A program made the translations under genes and the position numbers. From contig JBMFRB010000006.1 of assembly GCA_049968255.1 (NCBI GenBank), positions 167,800 through 231,799 on the forward strand: 64,000 nt of DNA, in the 5' to 3' direction. Numbering within the stretch: the stretch's first letter is position 1; each line of letters opens with the position of its first letter. This DNA is from Candidatus Sumerlaeaceae bacterium (GTDB lineage Bacteria; Sumerlaeota; Sumerlaeia; Sumerlaeales; Sumerlaeaceae). Under the pieces are notes generated by a model that ran no database searches, had not been told where the DNA came from, and saw only the letters and a list, made by a program, of their open reading frames with translations. Below, piece by piece: positions 55,729 through 64,000 of this stretch.

Positions 55729-58710
55729 ATGCAATCGCAAGAGATACGTCCCATCCGCAGAACTCGCTTGCCGGTGGGGATTGCGCTGGATGCTCTTACA
55801 CTGACCACCACTGTTCTGCTCATTCTCGCGTTTTATGTGCCGCGTTTTTCTCCCCATGCGAGCTTCGTGCTCGGTGATAGTCTCGATCAAAACGTGCCGC
55901 ACCGGGTTTACGCCACGCAGCGTATCCAGCAGTGGCAGTTGCCCGAATGGTCAGATATGACCTTTGGCGGCTATCCTTTTCTCAGTGATCCGCAAACGGC
56001 AGTCTTTTTTCCGCCCTTTGCGGTGATGGAGCTCCTGGGGTGGATTCCGGACACATCACGCCGCTTCGATGCTGTGGCCTTGGGATTCGTACTCGCCGCG
56101 GGGCTGGGCGCCACAGCGCTCGCGCGTGGGTTGGGAGGGGGGCGGCTGGGAGCAATCGGCGCCGGTGTGTTCTTTGCACTCAATGGCTACATGGTGAATC
56201 ATCTTTCCCACACGGTGATCACGAGCGCCATTGCTGCGGGTGTGTGGGGAATGTTTTTTTTGGCGCTAGCCTGTGCCCACGGCATGCCGCGTGCTTGGTG
56301 GGCTGCTGCCCTCTGCCTGGCCTCCTCGGTGCTGACAGGCCACTGGCAGACCTCCATGTTTGCGTGGTATGCCGCCACTGCTCTGGGCCTCTACCTCGTC
56401 CTTCGTGAAACTTTTCGCGGTCGTTCGCTCATGACGGGGTGGCGAAATTTCGTGGGACTGGCTTTCGTCTTTGTTGTGGCCGGGTTAGGCACTCTTGTGC
56501 AAGTGCTGCCGACTCTTGAGTTCTTGAAACATTCGACGCGCGAGAAGCTCGGCTTGAGCGATGCGCTGGCTTACTCGCTACCGCTTAAGCAGCTCGCTGG
56601 CCTTCTTGCGCCTGCATTTTATCAACCGCTGGTCTGGCGTGTTCCAGCTGAAAACCGTTGGGAGCTCTGCTGGAGCACGTGGGGCATGGACGGAGCGTGG
56701 GAGTTTCATTTTTGGATCGGCATTGTGGCTGTGGCGTTGATGCTTTTCGGCTTGTTTGCTTACGCAAAACGCCTTTCGTCGTGGTTGTTGGCCGCAGCCC
56801 TTCTCTTTACTATCGTGGCCGCGATGGGCGAAGATTTTGCGCTTTATCGCTGGCTCTATTTTCACGTGCCAGGATTTCGTCAAATCCGTATTCCACCGCG
56901 GATGTTGTGGGTGGGATACCTGGCTGGAGCAGTTCTTCTCGGCCGAGGGGTAGACGCCGCCACGAGGATGCCGCGTTGGCCGTGGCGAAAATGGGCGCGA
57001 GCTGGCGCCATGCTTATGCTCCTTTGGCTTCTGGCTGCGATCGCCACTCTGCTCGCGTGGGCACTTTTTGTCACGGATAGCTGGGAATCGGCAGTCGAGA
57101 TGTTGCTGGTGATTAATCCGAATTTCCGGGTTGGTGTACACCGGAGTGTGGAAGACTTCCTTGGGGACATCAGGGCGGCGGCATTCGTAGCAAGTTGTTT
57201 TTTCGTGGCGTCACTCGGCTGGCTGTGGTTGGCGGGTCGACGACGATCGCCTTCGCGAGCGCTTGGACTCGTTGCTGTTGTCTTGATGGCGGCGGAACTG
57301 ACGGTCTACGGAATCTACAAAAATATCCGCACCGATAGCGCGGGATTTTTTTCGGCCGTCACGCCCATGCATGCACTCATAGGCGAGCGCGTGGACGGTC
57401 GTCTCCACTCGTTTGCGGTCGGCCCTTGGGAGAAAAACACCGGTGAAGCATCGGGAATTCCCCTGACGACTGGCTACAACCCAATGATACTTCGGTGGAC
57501 CCATGCTTGCTTTCCCCCCGAAGAACCAACGCACGGTTGGAAATCGCGCGAGAGACTGCTGGATGTCTATAATGTCACGCACGTGGCGGCTCCTAGTGGC
57601 ACTTGCACTGTGGAGTTGCCGGGACTCTCTCGCCGCGCTGAGCTCACCACGGGTACGGGAAGCGTTTACCTTGCGCAGACAAGCGAGCAATTGAGCTCCA
57701 CCTTAGAGATCTCAACGAAAGGTAAGGATCTCGCTGGCGTAGCCGTTGTCAGCGGCGCCATGGGAGTGTCTGGAGAAGCAGACGGCACGACTGTGGGCGT
57801 TGTGAGCTTGCTGGGTGAGCATGGCGACGAAATCACAAGTTTCGCGTTGCGCCTGGGGCACGAGACGGCCGAGTGGACGTATTTCGACCCAGGACTAGAG
57901 CTGAGTCCGGCTCACGTCGCACCGCCGCTCGCCTTCAAAGAGGGTCGCGATTTGTGCACATCGTCGACGGCTTATTTCTTGGCACGTTTCGACGTAAACA
58001 CGACGAAGCCTGTGCGCACCGTGCGCATTCAAGCAAACCTCACTGCGCCACGGTGGCTCTCCGTGGCTCATGTGATCGAGATCACGAGCGAGGCACAGGC
58101 ACACGTTCACCCCGCCGTGGAAGGTCTGGGCTATGTCGCGGTGCCATCGCGCGATCCCCGGCGCTGGATTTATTACCGGCGCCCGAGTGCTCTGGGCTGG
58201 GCATGGCTTGCGCCGGAGGCACAGCCAGTAAGCTACAAATCGAGTCTGCGGTGGGTGCGGCAGCGATTGGACGACCCTGCCTGGAATCCGAGGCGCACCG
58301 TGTGGGTGGACAAAAAGGCTTTTGCCACGACGGAATCGCTCGCTGCGCATAACGCGCAACGGCCCGCGGATTTTGTGGGACACTGCGAAGTCGAGCATCC
58401 TTATCCGGAGTTCTGGCGAATCCGCACACGCGGCAACGATCGAGCTTGGCTCTGCATTTCGAACACATGGTATCATGGGTGGCGCGCATCGGTCGACGGA
58501 CGCAAGACGCCGGTCGTGCGTGCCAATGGCCCGTTTATAGCTGTGCCAGTACCGGCGGGCGAGCACGTTGTCGAGCTTCGCTACTCGACGCCCTGGTTAT
58601 GGCTAGGAGCGACCGTGAGCGCCCTAACCTGGACTGTGGCTCTGCTCGGGCTTATTGTCGGCTGGCAGCCCTGGGCCCGATTGATCCCAAAACAGGCAGC
58701 TCCAAAGTGA
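55729..58710 (+). CDS. YfhO-family membrane protein (GT-C)
   Basis: GDSLDQNVP, LPEWS..TFGGYPFLSDPQ, PGFRQIRIPPR and C-terminal WYHGWRASVDG...VPAGEHVVELRY. Confidence 0.85.
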   Translation: MQSQEIRPIRRTRLPVGIALDALTLTTTVLLILAFYVPRFSPHASFVLGDSLDQNVPHRVYATQRIQQWQLPEWSDMTFGGYPFLSDPQTAVFFPPFAVMELLGWIPDTSRRFDAVALGFVLAAGLGATALARGLGGGRLGAIGAGVFFALNGYMVNHLSHTVITSAIAAGVWGMFFLALACAHGMPRAWWAAALCLASSVLTGHWQTSMFAWYAATALGLYLVLRETFRGRSLMTGWRNFVGLAFVFVVAGLGTLVQVLPTLEFLKHSTREKLGLSDALAYSLPLKQLAGLLAPAFYQPLVWRVPAENRWELCWSTWGMDGAWEFHFWIGIVAVALMLFGLFAYAKRLSSWLLAAALLFTIVAAMGEDFALYRWLYFHVPGFRQIRIPPRMLWVGYLAGAVLLGRGVDAATRMPRWPWRKWARAGAMLMLLWLLAAIATLLAWALFVTDSWESAVEMLLVINPNFRVGVHRSVEDFLGDIRAAAFVASCFFVASLGWLWLAGRRRSPSRALGLVAVVLMAAELTVYGIYKNIRTDSAGFFSAVTPMHALIGERVDGRLHSFAVGPWEKNTGEASGIPLTTGYNPMILRWTHACFPPEEPTHGWKSRERLLDVYNVTHVAAPSGTCTVELPGLSRRAELTTGTGSVYLAQTSEQLSSTLEISTKGKDLAGVAVVSGAMGVSGEADGTTVGVVSLLGEHGDEITSFALRLGHETAEWTYFDPGLELSPAHVAPPLAFKEGRDLCTSSTAYFLARFDVNTTKPVRTVRIQANLTAPRWLSVAHVIEITSEAQAHVHPAVEGLGYVAVPSRDPRRWIYYRRPSALGWAWLAPEAQPVSYKSSLRWVRQRLDDPAWNPRRTVWVDKKAFATTESLAAHNAQRPADFVGHCEVEHPYPEFWRIRTRGNDRAWLCISNTWYHGWRASVDGRKTPVVRANGPFIAVPVPAGEHVVELRYSTPWLWLGATVSALTWTVALLGLIVGWQPWARLIPKQAAPK

Positions 58711-58933
58711 ACTCTTTCTCCCCCCGAGCCGCGCCGAAGTCGATGCAAAACATAAAGCCGTCGGCTACAAATCATTGAAATGCCATAATTGACTGCAAAA
58801 GCGCATAGTGCGGTTCGAATTGAAATGCAGGGATGTTTTTTCGTAAAAGCGTGGGGGTCCATAAATGGAAATCAGCGATTGCGATTTAGCTGCCGAAACA
58901 TAACCTGCGCTAGGCGCAGGGGAGTCTACGTCT

Positions 58934-61621
58934 ATGAGTACGCGAGCAGAGCGTGGGGTTTTAGCAATCCTGACGGTGCAGCGAGAGCAAGTCGTCGCAA
59001 CAAGCGGCGACGTCCGGCAAATTCTGGGCCGCGGCAGCGACACGATTGAGGGAAAGGAGCTCCAGGAGCTGTTTGCGGCTGAGAGTGTGGCTGCGCTGCA
59101 CAATGCGCGAAACGCGACACAATCCCCCTCAGTGCGCTGGCTGGCACTGACGGCACTCTGCCCAGCGGGCGAACCACGGGACGTCGAAGGGATTGTAATT
59201 GCCGGTGGCAACGTGTCGTCCGAAGAGTGGTTGCTTGTGCTGCAGCCGCAACCGCCGCTGCAAAGCACGGAACTTGACGCCATGCCGTGGGCGCTTCTTA
59301 TGTTGCGTCCGCTTCTCGATCCCCAAGGCGACATTTTCGATTATCGTATCCGCTTTATCAACTCGCAGGCATGCAAGCTGTTCGGGGTCGAGAAAAAGCA
59401 TGTGGAGGGGCGTCTTCTCACTGAAGCCCCTATGGGCTTTGAACGGGAATGGATCCGCCGCGTGGGCGAAGCTTATAGAACCCAGCAATGCGTGACGTTC
59501 CTTGGCCAAACCGAAGCTGGTGGCCGTTATTTCGAGCTGACCGCATTTCCTACCCAGCACGCAGATCTTGCGTGCTGCGTGAGTGACGTGACAAATCAGG
59601 TCGAGCGGCAGGAGCAGCTCGAAACAACGCTGCAGCGGTTAGAATATGTACTCGAAAGCTCGCCCATCATCTTGCACGTGCTGCGCTACGATGAGAGGCT
59701 TGGTGATTTTGTTCCCGCATGGGTCAGCCCGAGCGTAGCATATGTTTTGGGCTACACAGTAGAGGAGGCGCTGCGGCCGGAGTGGTGGCTGGAGGTCATG
59801 AATCCAGAAGATCGTGACGTGGTGGCTCGCCACTCGAGAGAAGTATTGGCGAAGGGACAGCAGCAGCTTGAGTATCGCGTGCGCACCAAATGGGGGCGCG
59901 AGATTTGGATCCAAGATTTTGCGCGTGTGACCAAGGTGCACGACGGGCGACCGGTGGAAGTGCTTGTGACGTGGACGGATATCACGCGTCGCGTGATCAA
60001 CGAACAGCTTCTCAAAGAGGAGATCCATCGGCATCAGACGATATACGAGCTCGGGCGGGCGTTTGCTGGGGAGATCACCGCAGGGGGGGTCGCACGGGCT
60101 GCGGTTCGCAAGTGTGCTGAGAACGTGGAGGCAAGCCTTGCCTGGATCGGATTGAAGGAGATTGACGGGACGATTCGGCCCATTGCCTCGTGGCCAGAGA
60201 ACCACCCTTTCCTCGACGATCTTCAGGTGCGATGGGATAACACGCCCCTTTCGAAAGGGCCGACGGGACGCGCCGTGGTGACGGGATACGAGCAAAGTTT
60301 TCCTGATTTCACAATCGAACCGTCCGTTGCTCCGTGGCGATCGCGTCTGAACGAGTTTGGTTTTCGTAGCGGTTTTGCGGTTCCGCTGATTCACAAAGGC
60401 CAGGTGTTGGGCAACCTCACTCTCTATTCCGATAAGAGCGGACATTTCGTGGGCCGTGGGGAGCAGATCATTCGGGAAGTTGCGCCATTTATTGCGGCTG
60501 AATTGTCGGGGCAATTATCCTACGACCTGGCCCAGCAAAGACTTCAGCAGCTCGAGGGGCTTCGCCGCATTGATTTACAAGTCATTGCGGATCCTAACCC
60601 TGAGCTGGTTATGGCCCAGCTACTGCAAGAAGTCATTGGTGGGCTTCAAGTTGATGCCGCAGCTGTCGTTTCAATCTCCGATCGTGAGCGAGGGAAAATC
60701 TTGTTGCATAGTGGCTTCACGCAGTTTCCTCCCAACGAGTTCACGCTACCGTCGGGTGGTGTACGCCACAAGGCCGTAAAAACAAAATCCCGCGTTGTGG
60801 TGGAAAATCCGTGCAGCATTCCCACGGAGTTTGCTCTAAGCGATTTTTTTGTGTCGCAAGGTTTTGCGTGGATTTGCGTACAACCGATTATGACGCCCGA
60901 CCGTGTTCTGGCTCTCCTCGAACTTTACTCGCGCCGTAGGCTCACTCCTACGCAGGAATGGTTTATTCTCTTAGAGACGCTGGCGGGGCAAGGCGCGATT
61001 GGTTTGGAGTTGGCGTGGCACGTGGCACAAACGGCTCAGCATGCGGAGGAACTTCAGCTGGCTTACTCGGCAACGATGGAAGGCTGGGTGAAGGCTCTCG
61101 AAATGCGCGACCGTGAGACGGAAGGTCACACCCATCGGGTAACAGCCCTGACATTGAGGCTGGCCAAGCTTTCAGGCGTGCCGGAAGAACAATTGCCGCA
61201 TATCGAGCGAGGTGCCCTGCTTCACGATTTAGGGAAGATTGGCATCCCTGACACGATCTTGCACAAACCTGGACCGCTCACCGACCAAGAGTGGGTAATC
61301 ATGCGGCGGCACCCGGTGCTCGCCAAGGAAATGCTGGAGAAAATCGAGTATCTGCAGCCGGCAATGGACATTCCTTATTGCCACCACGAAAAATGGGATG
61401 GAACGGGCTATCCTCGCGGCCTCGCTGGTGAGGCGATACCGTGGCCTGCCCGTCTGTTCGCGGTAACGGACGTTTGGGATGCTTTGACGAGTGATCGACC
61501 TTATCGGAAGGCATGGCCAAAAGGAGAAGCGTTGGCCTACATCGCTGCGCAATCGGGGAAGCATTTTGACCCACGCGCAGTGGACCTCTTTCTCCAATTG
61601 GTTTCTCATGGGGAAGCCTAG
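58934..61621 (+). CDS. PAS/GAF sensor HD-GYP c-di-GMP phosphodiesterase
   Basis: PAS domains, two GAF domains, RDRETEGHTHRV, LHDLGK, HHEKWDGTGYP and DALTSDRPYR. Confidence 0.93.
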   Translation: MSTRAERGVLAILTVQREQVVATSGDVRQILGRGSDTIEGKELQELFAAESVAALHNARNATQSPSVRWLALTALCPAGEPRDVEGIVIAGGNVSSEEWLLVLQPQPPLQSTELDAMPWALLMLRPLLDPQGDIFDYRIRFINSQACKLFGVEKKHVEGRLLTEAPMGFEREWIRRVGEAYRTQQCVTFLGQTEAGGRYFELTAFPTQHADLACCVSDVTNQVERQEQLETTLQRLEYVLESSPIILHVLRYDERLGDFVPAWVSPSVAYVLGYTVEEALRPEWWLEVMNPEDRDVVARHSREVLAKGQQQLEYRVRTKWGREIWIQDFARVTKVHDGRPVEVLVTWTDITRRVINEQLLKEEIHRHQTIYELGRAFAGEITAGGVARAAVRKCAENVEASLAWIGLKEIDGTIRPIASWPENHPFLDDLQVRWDNTPLSKGPTGRAVVTGYEQSFPDFTIEPSVAPWRSRLNEFGFRSGFAVPLIHKGQVLGNLTLYSDKSGHFVGRGEQIIREVAPFIAAELSGQLSYDLAQQRLQQLEGLRRIDLQVIADPNPELVMAQLLQEVIGGLQVDAAAVVSISDRERGKILLHSGFTQFPPNEFTLPSGGVRHKAVKTKSRVVVENPCSIPTEFALSDFFVSQGFAWICVQPIMTPDRVLALLELYSRRRLTPTQEWFILLETLAGQGAIGLELAWHVAQTAQHAEELQLAYSATMEGWVKALEMRDRETEGHTHRVTALTLRLAKLSGVPEEQLPHIERGALLHDLGKIGIPDTILHKPGPLTDQEWVIMRRHPVLAKEMLEKIEYLQPAMDIPYCHHEKWDGTGYPRGLAGEAIPWPARLFAVTDVWDALTSDRPYRKAWPKGEALAYIAAQSGKHFDPRAVDLFLQLVSHGEA

Positions 61622-62424
61622 CGGCCCTTTGACCAAATCCCGCGGCGGGCTTCGCGCGCCGCGCTCTCTGCACGCAAGTAAGGCGTGAGATCCTGGAAGG
61701 GATAGAAATCCGACGGCTCGACGTACCCATAACCTTGTTCGAGCATGAACGTGTTGAGTTCTAGTGCGTCTGGCGTTTGGACGATGCCGAGGATATTGCC
61801 GTCGAGATCGCGGAGGGGATCATTGAGCGTGATGCGAAGTTTCTGCCCACGGGTGAGCTCGCGCAGGCGGCGTGTGGCTTCGCGCACGTAATAGCGAATG
61901 ACAGGATCAGGATCGCGCTGGCCATAGCAGCGCACGCCGCGCAATCGCAATTGCTCGCCGGTGTCAAGAAGGAGGACGCACCGGTTGAGCACGTCAACAA
62001 CTTCGGCCTCTGCGGGGGCATAGCGCACGAGCCCCTCCGGCGTTGTCTCCGTGCGAACGATGGTCCGGTTCGGATCACGCCGGCTGAGAGGTTCGAGCGG
62101 GGGCAAGGCCAGCGTGGAGAGAATGAGTCGCGAGTACTCTAAATCGCTGTAACGCTCGGGCGCAGCCCCGGGCAGCGGAGTGGGCTGGGGAACGATCTGA
62201 GTGACAATGAATGGGCTAAGCTGGTAGCCAGTGACGCGCTGCGATGCGTAACGGTTATAAACTTCATCCGCTTTGCGGGAGGGGCCGGTGACGAAATCGG
62301 AGCGCGGCGGGGCAGATTGTGAGATCGCCGCAACAACACATAAGGTAAAAACGACCACAATGTGAATGATGCGCCCCAACCGTAAGCCACTCATCGCATA
62401 GCCCATGGGAATAAATGCTCTCAT
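61618..62424 (-). CDS. Exported thermonuclease (SNase)-fold protein with degenerate active site
   Basis: Signal peptide, LRLRGV, ELNTFMLEQGYG and AESAAREARRGIWS. Start uncertain (62424 to 62394). Confidence 0.72.
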   Translation of the reverse strand: MRAFIPMGYAMSGLRLGRIIHIVVVFTLCVVAAISQSAPPRSDFVTGPSRKADEVYNRYASQRVTGYQLSPFIVTQIVPQPTPLPGAAPERYSDLEYSRLILSTLALPPLEPLSRRDPNRTIVRTETTPEGLVRYAPAEAEVVDVLNRCVLLLDTGEQLRLRGVRCYGQRDPDPVIRYYVREATRRLRELTRGQKLRITLNDPLRDLDGNILGIVQTPDALELNTFMLEQGYGYVEPSDFYPFQDLTPYLRAESAAREARRGIWSKGR

Positions 62425-62567
62425 GACTCGATCTCTTTGCGGTGGAGTATATCCCTAAGCGAAGCGGGATGTGCAATGAAAGTTTTTCTTTCTTCACGTT
62501 TTCTGAATCCCTCCACGTGCACGGCATGGGAAGGGCATGCAACGAAGAAGAAATAAGGTGAGAGGCT

Positions 62568-63008
62568 ATGGTTTATCTACGGCGAAAAGTTGAGTTCTGC
62601 GCAAGTCACCGCCTCTACAACGCGGCGCTAAGTGAAGAGGAGAATCGGGCTATTTACGGCCGATGTGCTAACCCAAGCGGGCACGGCCACAATTACACAC
62701 TTGAGGTGACGGTGCGCGGAAGGATGGATCCGCGCACGGGGATGGTCATCGACCTCAAGCAACTTAAGCAGATTATCGTCGAGGAAATCGTGGAGCGTGT
62801 TGATCACAAGAATCTGAACACAGATGTGGACTTTCTGCGCGACGTGATCCCGACTTCCGAGAACTTGGTCGTGAGTTTCTGGGGCCTACTGGAGAAGCGA
62901 TTGGTAGGCATTTGCGAGCTTTACGAAGTGCGATTGTGGGAGACAGAAAACAATGTTGTCTTTTATCGAGGCGAGGACGAGGAAATTGTGCGCCACGGCA
63001 CGCGGTGA
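62568..63008 (+). CDS. 6-pyruvoyl-tetrahydropterin synthase / QueD family (PTPS-II motif)
   Basis: FCASHRL, CANPSGHGHNY, GMVIDL, DHKNLN, TSEN and ETENN. Confidence 0.9.
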   Translation: MVYLRRKVEFCASHRLYNAALSEEENRAIYGRCANPSGHGHNYTLEVTVRGRMDPRTGMVIDLKQLKQIIVEEIVERVDHKNLNTDVDFLRDVIPTSENLVVSFWGLLEKRLVGICELYEVRLWETENNVVFYRGEDEEIVRHGTR

Positions 63009-63141
63009 GCGGAAAAAAGCGCTGGGGAGGTAGCGCAAAGAGTACTCGCACGCCTGCAGGCACATAGCGTGTGGTTGTGAAAACGGTGGCATTGGACGAA
63101 TCACGACAATGCGGGCGATGGGAAGAAAGGGTGGTGTCGCG

Positions 63142-63969
63142 TCATTTCACGGCATCGAGCAGCTCGTCCACTGTGCGCGGCACGAGGTGAGCACGCTTGG
63201 GCTGGCCATTCGCTCGGTAGAATCCGACCGTTCCGGCGCGAAAGGCTTGAAGCTGGCGCGCCAGATCTGCATCTGTCCGCATATCAATTTTCACCGCAAT
63301 GAATTTTTTTGCGAGTGCCGCGCGCACGCGCGAGTCCCCGAAGATTTTCTCCTCCACGAAGCGCCCGTTATCCGAATCTGGGTTGGCGAAAAGAACAAGG
63401 ATCTCTTTGTTCGATTTTTTTGCTGTTTCGAGTGCGTCCCGTATGGAGTTCTTCCATTCGATCGGTGGCGCCTGCATGATCCCTTCTGCCGCACCTGTTG
63501 TCGTTGCCGCCGACAGCTCCTGCACTGACGACTTAGCGAGTTCTGGCTTCGCTAGACCGAGCCAGATTTGATCGAATTTGTCGAGGTGCCCTTCCAAAGC
63601 CCCACGAAATTCGGCAATCGCGACGCGCGCTGTGATTTCTTGCCCCTCACGAAGCTTGTCGTTGAAAGGGATTTTGTTCCAAACGCCCGGCCAGATGGCG
63701 ATGCGCAGATTGCCGGTGCCGTCGCTGAGGATAAACGAATGTGGGGCGGTTTCACGCCACGAGGCCTTATAGGCGGTGATCGTTCCCTGTATAGTTACTT
63801 CGCTGCGCAGATAGTTGCGATCTATTTGTGAAATCGGAACCACAAACCCAGCCTGGGCAGAGGGAGAACTTCCAGGCTGCCCCTGAGACACCGCAGCGAC
63901 AGCAAGAAGTGCAATCATCATGCCCCCCACCACCGGTGTCGCGTACCCTTGACGCAATGCGCTTACCAT
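63142..63969 (-). CDS. Exported protein with OB-fold domain and CxxC-less thioredoxin-like domain
   Basis: Signal peptide; VTIQGTI...FILSDGTGNLRIAIW (OB fold); IEWKNSIRDALETAKKSNKEILVLF...KFIAVKID (thioredoxin-like). GAGGTG RBS. Confidence 0.7.
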   Translation of the reverse strand: MVSALRQGYATPVVGGMMIALLAVAAVSQGQPGSSPSAQAGFVVPISQIDRNYLRSEVTIQGTITAYKASWRETAPHSFILSDGTGNLRIAIWPGVWNKIPFNDKLREGQEITARVAIAEFRGALEGHLDKFDQIWLGLAKPELAKSSVQELSAATTTGAAEGIMQAPPIEWKNSIRDALETAKKSNKEILVLFANPDSDNGRFVEEKIFGDSRVRAALAKKFIAVKIDMRTDADLARQLQAFRAGTVGFYRANGQPKRAHLVPRTVDELLDAVK

Positions 63970-64000
63970 GGAGCCACCTCTTTACTTGCCGAATAGGATT

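Noticed and set aside
58711-58933. c-di-GMP riboswitch upstream of the HD-GYP gene
   Set aside because: No GEMM consensus; only a 7-bp hairpin (58904-58920) that leaves GGAG free.

Overview
Gene-dense, moderately GC-rich chromosomal window from a diderm bacterium with anaerobic/fermentative metabolism. I saw no transposase, integrase, phage genes or CRISPR array. It holds about 45 CDSs and two tRNAs (Gln-UUG, Thr-UGU). Housekeeping genes include fmt, yceD, folD, lnt, hemC, ruvC, hemW, metY-metX-metW, maeB and pyrR. There are several GT-C-like or ligase-like envelope membrane proteins and a rex-hydC-hydB-hydA-hydS-spoIIE [FeFe]-hydrogenase locus preceded by a stand-alone corrinoid protein. Two signals stand out. 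(1) At the left end, an NhaR-like LysR gene (absent from the ORF track) with clear T-N11-A operators faces a DUF4914 protein that retains a PEP-carboxykinase-like set of catalytic motifs, followed by an SbtA bicarbonate transporter (no sbtB) and an OFA-family carboxylate transporter. This is a candidate bicarbonate-uptake/carboxylation module. (2) Around the start of rex there are three helically phased copies, plus a fourth intragenic copy, of the palindrome GAGAA-N4-TTCTC. It has Rex-box geometry but not the canonical TTGTGAA-N4-TTCACAA sequence, so it is a candidate variant Rex operator. All family assignments come from motif recognition by eye, not database searches, and start codons are best estimates.
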